Positions 11,721 through 24,929 of a DNA stretch of 64,000 nucleotides are shown here, piece by piece. Every line of letters begins with the position of its first letter. Positions within the stretch are counted from its first letter, which is position 1. The translations under genes and the position numbers were made by a program. The notes beneath the pieces were generated by a model that saw nothing but the letters and a program-made list of their open reading frames with translations, had not been told where the DNA came from and did not search any database. This DNA comes from Sphagnum compactum. Its lineage: Eukaryota. The DNA lies in contig OZ234493.1 in assembly GCA_965153455.1 (NCBI GenBank), positions 27,952,213 to 28,016,212 of the forward strand, in the 5' to 3' direction.

Positions 11721-13119
11721 GAGCTACCTATTTAGGAGGGCTCTATTCAGGAGGTCCACTTAATCAGTACTTGACTATAGTATACCAAAGAGCAAAGGTC
11801 AATTTCTCAGTTTGAGTGCCATGATAGGCCACTGACATTTGTTTTCTTTCAAATGTAAGAGGCTCCCTTTGAATGAAGGAATTTTGCAAAGAAAAAGGTC
11901 GGTGAGGCAACTTGCTATTGTAGACCCAAATAAATGAGGACAAGTTCCTTCATGGTGCCTGTATGTACATTTGGAATGACAATAAAGTTATCCTTTAAAT
12001 ATATATGTTGGGCACCAGTTTGGGCATGTATTTGGAAAAGAGTTTCCCATTTCATGCAGAGTTAAGAGGCTGTCAATGAACACCAAAGAGCTAGAGTGAG
12101 CATCAAATTATGAAATTGAGGAAATATAAGGAGTTCAACCATTTTAAGTAATAATGGCAGGTACATTTTACTCTCAAACACAATAAAGGTAAAGCATAAA
12201 GGAAGGCCATTGGGGTGATTTGCCTTGACAACAGCTAGTAAACTTAGAGCCAATTAGCTTTTTTTGGGATCAGTTTAGGAGCAAAAAGTAGTTTCTATCC
12301 CCCTTTTTCCAGTGTTGAAAGTTGCCTAACTATTGTCATTTGATTCCCTTTTCTACCAAAATTTGCAGTCCTTGTGCCCAATTCACAAGATTTATGGATA
12401 ACTTTCATGAAAATGGTAAAAGTCATTGCTTGAATATGGTTATAATTGCAACATAAGATCAAAGAGGTTGAAGGTTAGGATGGAACTTGTTGCTATTATT
12501 GAATAACTGGAGCTAGTAGTATGGAGACTGAGTTCAGAGAAGGGTGTCGTGTTGGGTTAATCATACAGAGGGAAAAAGTAAGGCCTTGTTGCACGCCGCG
12601 AAAAGGATGCAAACCGCATACAGGAGAGCACACAGGCTCAAATTACATACGAGAAACACCAGAAGAACTCAGAGTATACAGGAGAAAACACCAACTGATC
12701 GTGCTTTCTCCCCTGCCCCACTATCCATGTGACACCACTCTAAAGGAAAATCAATCACAGACACAGACAGGGGTGTCAGGCATTCTGTCTCTGCCAATAG
12801 CAGTCAAGGCAGGTGATAGTATCATGCAGGCATCTATATATGTATTATCTACGATTGTTGGGTGGCAGGTTTGTCTTCCGGTTTGTAACAGCTAAAATCA
12901 TATGCATTCCCAGGTGGACCCCCGTGTCTGGTGTGTTCCAGTTTTCTCTTTGCAAAGGATTTTCCATTTGTGTCCAAAAATACATGAATAAATATATATA
13001 ATTATATGCATTCCCTCCTGTTAGTGTTGTTCTGTTGTCGGTGTCTTCTACTTTGATGAGCCCGTATGCAGCTTTCCCCCAAAACACTCTAGCCTCTAGG
13101 TGCACACACTTGCACTCCA

Positions 13120-13150
13120 GGGGGGGCAGGGGGGGGGGGGGGGGGGGGGG
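13120..13150. repeat. Poly-G tract (G7-CA-G22)
   Basis: Direct reading. Confidence 0.9.
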
Positions 13151-13578
13151 AAACAGACCTCACGCCAAGTGAACTCTGCAGCGCTCTGACATTGTGGCAT
13201 TGTCACTATTATTGTTACTACTATTGTGGTTGTTGCCGTCCTTAATTCCGCGACCAGGACACAAATGAAGACTGCACCTATAAACTGACCGTACGGGGCC
13301 GAGCTCTAGCATGACTATCACAGGTCCACAGCCTCTTCTTCTTCTCCCTAGCCTTTTGCACTGGAAGACTGGTTTTGTCCATTTGAGTGCACTATGGTGC
13401 TAATTGCAAATGGCTCCTCCATAAAGTAGGGCGAAATTTTTGAGCTCCTTATAGGGGCTACATGCCAAAGACAAACCACACGACTGTGTGATGAATTTTA
13501 GGTGAATTTAGCGGAGTTGTTGTGCTACAAATTCACTATAGTTTGATAGGATCTGAGGTGAAACGATAGTATCTACTG

Positions 13579-13886
13579 CAGTGTTTTCCGAGAAAATTTT
13601 CACTCGGCCTAAGTGGCTATCGCCCATAGGAAGATGCAGGAAAAGTAGCAATCATCTCTAGGTTGCTCCAAATCTGGCTATAAATCAATTGTGAAGCACA
13701 AATCTTTTTATATATAAATCATCTTTTTATATATCTTGCTACTTAATGTAACCAAATACAGCAATCTGGTAAATTTTCCTTTCCTTTTCTGACTTCTGGA
13801 CATTGACAATGGACATACCTGAAAATCACTTCATTTTTCTGTTTAAATTTCTCTTTTGGCAAAATTTCACTAGCCAAAAGAGGCTG
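13579..13886. mobile_element. hAT-type MITE
   Basis: CAGTGTTTT...AAAAGAGGCTG ends; 8-bp TSD ATCTACTG/ATCTAGTG (7/8); shares a CCAAAT(C/T)TGGC core with copies at 43197 and 62667. Confidence 0.75.
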
Positions 13887-14649
13887 ATCTAGTGTGCCAC
13901 TTGGGAGGACGTTATTGATTTATCATTATTCAAAATGGCTCAACAAGTGGTAAAGAAGGCTTATTGAGGGGGCGCTATGTGTAGGGTAAATCCAGAGGTA
14001 GCGTGCAAGGTGAAGCCCAGCACAAGCCCAATTCTAGTAAAGCCTACAGTTGAGGGCTTTATCAAGCTTAAAGAATGCACTCAGATTTTATTTTGTATTT
14101 ATATATGTGATACTTGGCAAGTATTTGCAAGGTATTCATGAGGAAAAATCACTAGATACCCATTGTGTGTCATGGATAAAAAAACATGGGGCATCTCAAA
14201 AAATGAAACGATTACAAGCAAAAATGAATGCCCATGACTACCTGCATTCTGTTTTTTGAAATGCCTCATGAGTTTTTATGCTTTGCAACACATTCTCTAA
14301 ATAGAATAGAAAAATCCAAGGTATTTATGAGCATAAGATGGCTGCCTGAGGCAATAGCGAAAGGGCAAGAGCTAATAACACCCCATCTAAAAGCATTAAC
14401 ACACATAAAGACCTATTAGAACTTTTTCCCCATATTTTGCAACAAGGATTTTTAATATTGTAATAACAAAAAACAAGGGGGGCCTAAACATGGTACATAA
14501 AACACCATCAAAAATGTCTTTTTTCTCACACAAAAGAAATAGCTCATGACATGTGTGAGGTAAATTTTGTGGTTTCATCCACTACATTGTACAATATGTG
14601 GTACTTATTGTGGCAGAAAATACAACTTAATACCAAGTTGTAATTTTAA

Positions 14650-16650
14650 TGTAATATATATTAGAATAAACACCACACATAAAATTCTTATTGAAAAATA
14701 TTAACTTGTCAAGATTCTTAACTTGACTTGACAACATTAATAGGGTGATGAGAAGATTCCAACAATGGAAGAAAAAAATTAATCTTGGTTTGGGAGGTGA
14801 GAATGTCCATAATGTGTTTCACCAACTTTGTAAAAGGAATTTTTTTTGTGATTGTGCGCACCACTAGTTCAAAACACATTTGCAATCCACATCAATGGGA
14901 TTGTGATGGAATTTGTTGAACTCTTTTTATACATGGCTTTTCAATGTATTTGAATTTGTTTTTAGTGATATGAAATAGATCCTTGAAATCCACTTGATGT
15001 AATTAGCATAAGTGATTTGAAAAACTTCACCAATTATAAAGGCAATAACTATTGTGAGTAATAATCAACATCCAAACTTGATGCATTCTCACAACCTACA
15101 TATGATGTGACTAAATGCACATTTCTTAAACTTAGGATCTAGCATAATTGCCAACATTTGATGAACTTTTTCATATCAAAACCTTGCAAAAAAAACTAAA
15201 AGGTAGAAACATTTCCAAGACTTGACTTTTCATGTGAATTTGTAGTTCACTAAACTATGCATCAAAAACTAAATCCAAATTAAAATTTTTGGTATTGACA
15301 ATTTGTTGTGCAAGTTCATTACAAAGATCACAACATCTAGAAATGACAAATTGCAAGGTGTCTCCAAGTAACCAATGTCCACATCTTTAATGCAACACAC
15401 CCAATTATTATGGGTGACAACACTTTGACTATAATTGAGCTTATATTGCTCAAGTCTTTGGAGAAGGTACATGACTTTACAATGTTGTCATTATTTGTCG
15501 ATAATAACACAAAGCAATGGTTCAACAAAAAGTCAAGGCATCTTGGAACAATAAAACTCAACTTGAAAACCTACAATGGCAAACCCATAAACACAAAACC
15601 CAATCCAACATCAAAAACTAAAACAAGTTACAAGCATCTTCATGCAGTGCATTTTCTTTTTCAAATGCAATGCAAAAGCAAAAAAAACACACAAAAAGTG
15701 AAAATGGCATCCTACTCACCTTGGTTGTCATTGGTGTGTTCAATTTTACAAGTCTCAATCTAGAATCTATCCATGTTTTGTCCTATTGCCAAACTTTTTA
15801 GGCCATGTAATACATTTTTAAATGTTAGTTTGAGTAGATTATATAAACACATAACTAAATCCCTAGGTTACAATTTGTCATTCATAGTAGCACACTAGTA
15901 GACTTTTGAAAATGCATGTCCCAAACAAGCTCTGTCAAAAGGCTCAAACATCTTCAAGCCATTACAATAAACAATAGAATTTAAGGTGGATCCCTTGCTT
16001 ACAAATTGAACCCTTGATCCTTTACATATGCCACAACCTTATGGATAAGAGAAAATTTGTCAAGAAGTTATCAAAGTTGAAGAGCCATAACTACATTAAT
16101 AATATCAAATGTTTCAAATAAACCAATCGTTACATGCTTAGGTTATCAATTCTTTGAAATGATTTTTTCAACCACACCAAACATCATGTGTTCTTGGATG
16201 GGAAGACCACCATTGGGCACAACATGTACATGAAACTTTGGAACCAATTGGATTTCATGATCTTGAATGTAGAAAACCTTGATGACATACAACATAGCAT
16301 CCTCCACGAAACACTTTTGTGTGCCACAATTTTTTACAAATGGGTAGTAACAACAAAAAACCCAATGATGGTGGTCAATTTTCATGTGGAACCTTCACTA
16401 AGTAACTTTTGATCAAGCGGAAATTTAGGGCAATTTGGTTACATGCTCCACATACTTTCCAAACGAAGTTTTATGCTCAACCTTCACATGTTTTTTCATG
16501 GTGGTAATGCCATTTTCTTCGTGGTACATGCAATCAAACCTCTATGGCATTTGGTGTGCAAGGCGAATATTTTAAGGCCACACCTGTGATTGTGACGGAT
16601 TATGCATCTAATGATGTGGTTGACATTGAATATATGGGTTTTTTCTTATT
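14650..16650 (-). pseudogene. Heavily decayed hAT-like transposase
   Basis: Minus-strand fragments VVAYVKDQGFNL (~16000-16040) and CLGHAFSK (~15905-15930), plus DAMLYVIKVF..PKFHV, resemble hAT DDE-domain blocks. Many stops; element ends not found; coordinates approximate. Confidence 0.55.
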
Positions 16651-18440
16651 CACCTTGAAAAATATGCATGTCAATGAATTATTACTTTGAGATTTCCAAA
16701 CAAGGCCCTACTTTTTTTAACCCCTCCATGTGCACTTCATTTATGTATGTATCATCACCAACAACTTCAAATGGTGGTTATTTAGTCACATCAACCACTT
16801 GCAAGTTGTTGATGGTGTTATTGTTAGCATAACTTGCAAAGACTAATGAGAAAGGATTAAGGTTACATTAAACATTTTTGGGTCACCTAATTTGAAAAGG
16901 TTATTCTTTATTTTGTGCACTTCACAAAAGGTTAGATACACCAACCACAAGTAAATAAAACCAAAAAGTGAAGTTAGACTTCAAACATTGTCACCTTTCA
17001 ACAAGCCTAGTACCCCCACAATTTTTTTTGTTTTGGGATATGTGCAATCCAACTTTCAACTCAATTATTGTAGGGCAATGGCAAAGTAGCAAACACAATT
17101 TTGAGCTTTGAACAACTAATTATGTGAAGTGCTTATGGTGTCAAATCGTAAAGAAATAATAAGAATTAAGATGAAAGCATGAAAATATGAAGACATGAGA
17201 TGTGTACAAGGCCTTATTTTCTCTATCAAGCAAAAGTGAAAGTACTAAATACCAAAAATTAACAAAATCACAACTTAAATAGTTGCAATGACAAATGCAA
17301 ACAAAACAAGATAATGAAAAAACTTACATTCTTTGTGTTCTTGAGAATCTAGGTAGTGTGTGTTGAGCTTGATTAATAAGTTTTTAATTAAGCATTGGAA
17401 TAGGAAAAGGTAACTAAGTTCATTTTATGGTGATTATTTTCTTTAGTTAGTTTAGTTGATTTGTTTTTGGCTTTGACTTTGTGGTTAAGTTTGAAGGAAT
17501 ATGGAAAAGTATGAAACAATTCCATTTGCAAAATTTTAGAGAAAAAAAATTTGTTTTGTGAAAGTTATGGGGTTTTGAATATTTTAGCCCAAAGCTAGTT
17601 TTTTAACCATATCATTTCATTTTAACCTTTTTGGATCTAGAACTTTGAAAGCTTCTACATCATAAAATAATAGATATGTGAAAAAAAGTTCAAGCCATTT
17701 GGATGTGTATTGAGAGATATATGTGAATCAGAATTTGAAACCTTAATTTAAAGGTTAATTTTTTTGGAATTGATATCTTCTTATAGTCACCATTAATAGA
17801 GTTGAAACTTTGAAGAGATGTGAAAGATGTATCTCTAATATGTTATTTAAATTTCAAGTTGTTTGGAGATGTTGATAAGAAATTTGAAATCATTTTGTGT
17901 TTGAGTCCCAATTTGAGGTTGGTTTAGAATAGTGTCAATATCTCTCATTTGACAAAACCAAGTGATATAAAATTTTGAACGTTGAGAATAGACATGTTTT
18001 TCCATGCTACAACCAATTTTTAAATCGATCCAAATTAATATATGAGCAATGGAAGTTTGAAAAAGTTGTTAGTGTTGGAAACCTACATTGAAAGGTTTTC
18101 AATACATAATTTTGCAAATGGAGCAATCACAAAATGAATAGAAGGTTTGGAGTTGGTGGAGTAACACAATTACATCTTAAAAGATTACATACTAAAATAT
18201 GGTATGAAACCATGTATTTAATACCATACAAGATATTATACAAAATACATATGTACATTAAACATATATATAATATAAAATTTCATATAATCTGTAAGTC
18301 ATACACATATATATGATAGCCAAGCTTGTTAAATCAAAACCTTAACCCTGACCCTAGAAGGTTAAAAAAAATAGAGAATAAGTTTTTGAAGCAAATCCTT
18401 TGTAGAATCCCAGGAGAGATTGGAAGTGTTGCCTTGAGAT

Positions 18441-18939
18441 ATGGTAGACAATCTTTTTCAAACTGTGATTGAAAAATTGGACAAAAATAATTTATAAGTG
18501 AAAAAATTTAGGATTATGAAATTTTTGATGGGTAAAGGTTATTGGGAATTTTTAACTAATGATGAGCAAGAACCTATTTTCCCGAAAAATTGCACACCAC
18601 AACAAATCTTGGCATGCAAAAAAAAAGAATTCTTGTACTAGTTTTCCCTGAATGTTTCGAATTTTATGATTGTGCATGTATTAGATGCAAAATCACCCAA
18701 GAAAGCTTGGAACATGTCAATGAAAATGTATAACACCAATACACCAAATTGTAAAATTTAATTCAAACAAGAGTTGCACAACTTGTAAAAAAACAAGTTG
18801 AACATCAATGATTAATCTATGAAGATGAAAACCTTGTAGATGTTTTGCATCTATTGAAACCCTTGGGGATGATGATGATGATATAGTCGTTGTGACCTAT
18901 AATGGTTTTGGAAAATATTATAATCAATTTTGAACCTCA
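18441..18939 (+). pseudogene. Ty1/copia gag N-terminal fragment
   Basis: ATG at 18441 gives MVDNLFQTVIEKLDKNNF..KFRIMKFLMGKGYWEF, then HVLDAKSPKKAW and KQELHNL, typical of copia gag; frameshifted. Confidence 0.75.
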
Positions 18940-19400
18940 CACTAACATAAAAAATGGTTTTTATGATTAGAACATTTTGTGACTAAGGTTCACATTTAAT
19001 CATGTAATCTTATAAGAACAATGGTCATTATCATTGATTTGATTATAGTCATTTAAATGATTAAATGATTATGATTATGACTACATGACTGGTAATCATT
19101 TTGGAATATATAACTTACATTGCTTACATAACTTAAAAACTATTGTACCAGGGTACATCCACAATAAGATGAACCAAACCCAACTCCTTTGTCATTTTCA
19201 AAAGGATAAGGACTTGAAATTGAAAATTGAGATGACATGCAATTATTGCACAAGATTTATGGTTTAATCGCATATTTGACTTGTACAATATATTCTTATG
19301 ATAAATTTTACTTTTTTTGAATTTTACAACTTATTTTTATATTAATCCAAGAGTTATTGGAAAGAAAATTACAGATTATGAATTTTACAATTTATTTATA
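18940..19400 (+). mobile_element. Possible CACTA element terminus interrupting the copia gag
   Basis: CACTAACATAAAAAATGG begins where gag similarity stops and is followed by short GATTA/ATGATT subterminal-like repeats. The opposite TAGTG end was not found. Confidence 0.35.
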
Positions 19401-20280
19401 TATCAATTCCAATGATGATCCAAAATTATATTGAATCTATATAAATATGAATGGTTTTCAAAAAAAATCTCAATTAATTTTGATAATTCTTATGTGACCT
19501 ACTTAGGACCTCAAGACTAGTTACAAGTGTTTAATTAGTCTTTTTCATCTTCAAATGTTGATATAATTGACTCATATTTTTATATGTCATTTTTGAATGT
19601 GTATAACATCACATTATGTAGATTATATGAAAAACATTCAATCTTAAGTGAAGTTAAAAATTGACAAGTGTGTTATTCAGGAGTGGTTACACTTACAATG
19701 GCTCATTATATTGCAAACTTACCCACCAATGAAGCCTATATAGGCACACTACTTAAGTAATCATAGCCTAGGTATATTAAACATAACATATGTATGGCCT
19801 AAACAATGTACATAGCCTAAATATAAACTAGGTATACCTTTACATACCTTATTTATAACATTATGTCATAGCTTATGTAGCTTAAAGGTAATGACATCAA
19901 TGTAATTTGTGCCATAGGAAAAACCTTATTTTGTTGTAATATATTTGTAACAAAATAGGCTTGAACTAAATCTTTTACATCAAAGAAGGTGCCCTCTAAA
20001 GTGAATTCAAGGCACCCAACCATAACATATCCCCAAGGGCTCTTTTTTTGGTTTGTAAAGACATGCTTTGAATTTTTTGTGTAATTGGAGGGCATGTTAT
20101 CCATCATATTTTATCTTCAGTTGTTTGGGAGTTGACTCCAAACAAGCCCAAAATAAAACATGTTGAGTAATGCTTCATCTCAAGTGGGCCTTTATTTTGG
20201 TGAAGACCATAGCCTTGCACTTTATCCAACAAGTAAAAAGTCATCAAATTTTGCTTACAGTGTAAATGGGGGTCAAATGG

Positions 20281-20902
20281 TCTCCCTATTTTTCTCTATG
20301 TTTCTTTCTTAAAGTCTCTCAAATTCTCTCCATCTCTCTCTTTCTCTCTTTCTCTATCCTTCTTTCTCTCTATGCCTTTCTAAGTCTTTTAGATTTTCTC
20401 CATCTCTCTTTCTCTCTTTCTCTTTAAGTCTCTCAAATTCTCTCCATCTCTATCTCTTTCTCTCTATCTTCTCTATATGTTTTTCTCTCTGCACCTCTCT
20501 AAGTTTCTCGGATTCTCTCCATCTCTTTCTTTGTCTCTCTCTCGGAGTCTTTCATATTCTTTCCATCTCTCTTTGTGTCTCTCTTTTAGAGTCTTTTAGG
20601 TTCTCTCCATCTCTATCTCTTTCTCTATTTTTTTGTATCTGTTTTTTTTTCTACACCTTTTTAAGTTTCTTAAATTCTTTCCATGTCTTGCTCTCTTTCT
20701 TTTTCTTTCTATCTATCTTTCTCTGCGCCTATCTAAGACTCTTTATTTCTCTCCATCTTTCTTTCTTTCTTTCTCTGTATGCACCTTTCTAAATCTTTCC
20801 ATCTTTCTCTTTATCTTTCTTTCTTTCTTTCTCTACCTCTATTTCACTCCATCTTTCTTTCTTTCTCTATTTATTTGTCTCTGTCTATCTTTGTCTTTCT
20901 AA
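20281..20902. repeat. CT-rich degenerate minisatellite / low-complexity tract
   Basis: Recurrent ~40-60 bp unit resembling TAAGTCTCTCAAATTCTCTCCATCTCTCTCTTTCTC. Confidence 0.9.
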
Positions 20903-21089
20903 GCAATTGCCTAGCCTAGGTGATGCTAAATCCTAAACCAACAATGGCTATAGATGTAGGAGTTCAAAAAGGATTATTAAAGTTGGAGAAAGATTATTAA
21001 CCTTGGATTACAAATTGTCGCAATACTTTTAATGTAGATGTATTTAATTCAAAATCTTAAGATCAACATACTCTTTCCAGCTTCATCTA

Positions 21090-23420
21090 CACTATGGTTG
21101 TTCCAACATCAAATCCCTAAACCCACCATTGGTCATCAAAAGAAGGTTAATGCAAGAACATGAGATGGGCCTCCAACTTGAATTAATAAATATCAAGTAG
21201 CTTACTAGGTTCATTGTGTTCAAGATCCCGAGTAGATGAATAATAGCTAGTTCATTATGTGTATTATGTTCAAGTGAGTAAATAAATGAAATGTTGACTT
21301 GATTAGGTTGATGATTGTCTAAGTTTGTATGTTGGGCAACCAACTCCTTAGGTTCACTGGGTTCAAATCGATAACCAGATGAAATGGTGAGTTCATTAGG
21401 TTCAAGTAAATAATGTTCTGGATTTCGAGCACAATTATGTTAATAAGAGCCAAAAGCAATTGTAACCACTGTTTAATTCTATGTTTTTTAATCAAAATTT
21501 TTTAAAAAGAATTTTAATTTGAAAATAAGTTTTTTTCTACACATTATAAAATGTAATATCTTATTCTATAAATGTTCAAAATATGAAATTATTTCATTAA
21601 CATTTGGACCTTCAAAGTAATGTAAAAAGACTTGTAACACTAATTTTTAAGTAGTAAAGGACTTGTAAATGGACTTGGAAAACTTTGAAATGACATATTT
21701 TGGAAAAAAATTAACACAAACCTTAACAAAATAGTACAAAGAATTTTTTTAAAAAATTAAAGGATTTTTTGAAGACTTTTTTTCGAAAATATTTTTAAAA
21801 TATTCTCTAAAAAATAATCACCGAAAAGGCCATTAGTGGCTACTATTAGCTCGTTTACACCCTTTCCTGAAACAAAACCTTAATTTTAACACAGTGGTCA
21901 ACATAATAACATCAATGGAAGAACATGGAAGGACATGAAATAAATGTCCAAATTGAATTCATGAGCAACAACTAGCTTACAGGGTTCATTGTGTTCAAGA
22001 TGGTAGGTAGATGAAATGATGACCTAGATGAGTTGATGTGAACAATTGGTTGGATCTCATGGACATTGATCAAACATAACCCTAATCCCCACATTCATAA
22101 ACAAAAACCCATCATGACATATCCATTTGATGACTGTTGGAGGTTTGGATTTATATGTTGAACAATTCCCTCAATTCATTAAGTTCAAATGAACAAGATG
22201 AAACAATTAGTTCATTGGGTTGAAGTGAACAACACTTTCGATCTCTTAGACTATGATCAAATAGAACCTTAATCCCCACATCCATAAACATAAACCCATT
22301 AATGCATATCCATTTGCCCATAGGTCCTATTCCATTTGGGCAACACAACATTTTGTTTTCATGGAGATATGAGTTTTATCAAGGTCTATTCCAAACAATA
22401 ACCAAAGCCTGGCTAATGTCCATATTCTCTAACTATAATTGGCACTCAAGAAAAAGTTTGCCACTTTATCAACTTTAGTGCCTATTGGACCTTATGATGT
22501 CTTTTGTGACAATTAAAAGCATGGTTGACCTTAACATCCTTAAGGTGGTTGAAGGGCATAATCTTCCCCATGTCACAACTATAAATAGGGGAAAGGTTTG
22601 TATGAGATTGCTTTTCTTACTCAAAAAAAAAAAAAAAAAACATTCAACTTTGGAAACATAATGGGCTTTGTAGGGACCTTGATTATAAAAGTACTTTAGA
22701 ATTTTACCTATCATGTGTTTTGGAGTTGTTGGAAACCCACATGTTGAACAATAATTTCTACCTGTTCTAAAGCTAGGAAGGATGCCTTGTATATTCAATT
22801 GCAAAAACTTACATTTGATCAAGTCGAAAAAATTAGCAGTTTGAGCTCAAAGAAGATGCACTAAGTTTTGATACCCTAAACCATAAATATGTGGCACTTT
22901 TTTGCATGCACCTCTCTTGTGTTTTCAACTCTCTCTATTTGTCAAAACATTTGATGAATGTCCAAGATATATGTTGAATAACCAGCTCTTTGCATTCAAG
23001 TTAGTAATTAGATGACATGCTGACTTCAAAAGGTTCAAATGAATAACCATCTAGATTTCATGGACCTTGATTAAACAAAACCTTATACCTACCATTAATC
23101 AACAAAAGAACATCAATGCAAAAACATCATATGGCTTCCAAATTGAATTGATGAACAACAACTAGCTCATTATGTGCATTATTTTCAAACAAATAGGTAG
23201 ATGAAATGATGGCATGATTGGATTGTAGTGAACAACCAACTAGATCTCCTAGACCTTGATCAAACAAAACCCTAAACCCCACCTTGATCAACAAACTAAC
23301 ATTTGTGCACCCTAAACCCTAAACCCTATCTAAGTTTATATGTTGAACAACCAATTCCTTGGGCTCACTGGGTTGAAGCAAACAACCATAATAAATGAAC
23401 ATGACCTCACTAGGAAAGTA
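21090..23420. repeat. Cluster of diverged direct repeats (TE-internal)
   Basis: A block like CCAAATTGAATT.ATGA.CAACAACTAGCT..TTCATTGTGTTCAAG..GTAGATGAA recurs at ~21173, ~21948 and ~23138; GACCTTGATCAAACAAAACCCTAA-like motifs at ~22060, ~23063 and ~23253. Confidence 0.7.
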
Positions 23421-24019
23421 AGCTCCAACAAATCATAGAAGTAGAAAACTTTATAGATTCCAGGTCAATCAAATTATAAGATGTGCATAACACAAGTTAA
23501 ACTAACAACCTTAATGAAGAAGAAGAAGAATCTATATTTGCATCTAATTCCACATTTTCAAAGGATTCAAATGTATCATATCATTTTAAAAAATCTTGTA
23601 AATAATTTATTTCAATTTGGAGTTGTTCGTGAAGAGAACATATTTTAAAACCATGCATGGCCACAAAATTTTGGTAAGCCTATTTATTCATTTTGACAAG
23701 TTCCAAAATATTCCAAGCAATTGTTCCCCCATTGCCTTACAACACCTTTTATTTACTTAGCGAAGATGCCAAAACATGGATGGGGTCATGGGTAAGCATG
23801 GAACAATGTATGTAACCATAACATTGTTTGTGAGAGGTGGTAGAAGATGGCAAACAACATCAATAATTGGTGTGATGAAAAGTTGCTGGAAGTTTTGAAA
23901 TTCAGAAGTGGAAGAATTTGGAACCCTAGGATGGAAATTGAGCTTCAAAGATTGCATTAAAAGGGATGCAATTGCAGATGTGAATAATTCACAAAACTTG
24001 TGGCAAAATATAGAAAGAG

Positions 24020-24929
24020 TGTCGCAACCCTAACATTGGGTTTGCAACTAAGAGTGAAGTCCAAGGGCCCATGAAGGCGAGAGTGTGTTTAGGTGTGAAT
24101 CACACTTTCACAAATGAGGGGAATGCAAGGGATGAAGCCCAATGACTCCCAAGTGCACTCCCACTTTGAGAGTTGCACTCATGCGGGAGTTACAAATGTT
24201 CAGAGCCTTGGTTGGAAAGGTAAACAAACACCAAATTGGTCCCTTAGGATACCATTAGAAAGATCTTGAAACATAGATGTTTAAAGTGCTCTCACATTGT
24301 TCATTTAAACTTGATTTCCATGAATTATGATCAAAAGAAGGGGCGGGAGTCAAGTTGAGAATTTGACTCCTGACCACAAATCCCTTAAAATCAGGGGTCA
24401 AATGAGGTCCGATTAGAGCGTGCTTTACACCATTAGAAAGATGTTTTCAAGGGCCATAAGATAGTGTCCTCGAACTTTCAAAATAGACTTGATATGAGAA
24501 AGATATAAGCGTTCAAAGTTTTGGGACAACAAGAGTCCCAGTTTTGGGACTCCCATTTGGGAGTCCTAGGGAAAAGTGACATTTGGATGTAGTCCCCGTG
24601 AAGGCATAGAATATACTATAGGGAAGGGAGTGGTGCATCCTCCCAAAGGTTGCGAGCTGTGTGAAGCTTGTGCTTGAGGTTGTCCTTACTAAATTCGTCG
24701 CACCACTTCCATTCGACTTGCACTAACTGTCCTCTTTTCTTGGTTGTGTAGGTTGATATCATCTTGAACTCTGGCTTGTGAGTTCGTCCTAGTCCCATCC
24801 CGGAACTCCAGCACACCTTCCTTCCCCCAAAGTGCTGCGAGTTAGGGAGTGTGCCCCAACTCATTTCTTCTTCCACTATTTCACTCTTGGACCCACCTTT
24901 GGGTCCCTTGAGGAGTTTGGTGTGCGTCA
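24020..24929. mobile_element. Solo LTR (~910 bp)
   Basis: TGTCGCAACCC...GTGCGTCA termini, 5-bp TSD AAGAG/AAGAA, no internal coding domain. Confidence 0.85.

Noticed and set aside
20633..20902. Hydrophobic ORFs here and at ~30072-30894 that look like membrane proteins
   Set aside because: They are translations of CT-rich or T-run low-complexity DNA.
21467..21896. CACTG...CAGTG bounded MITE
   Set aside because: The right-hand CAGTG lies within the local dispersed repeat unit, and there is no TSD.
23640..23960. Copia gag-pre-integrase remnant (FWHLR on the minus strand)
   Set aside because: A single short motif with no supporting integrase sequence.
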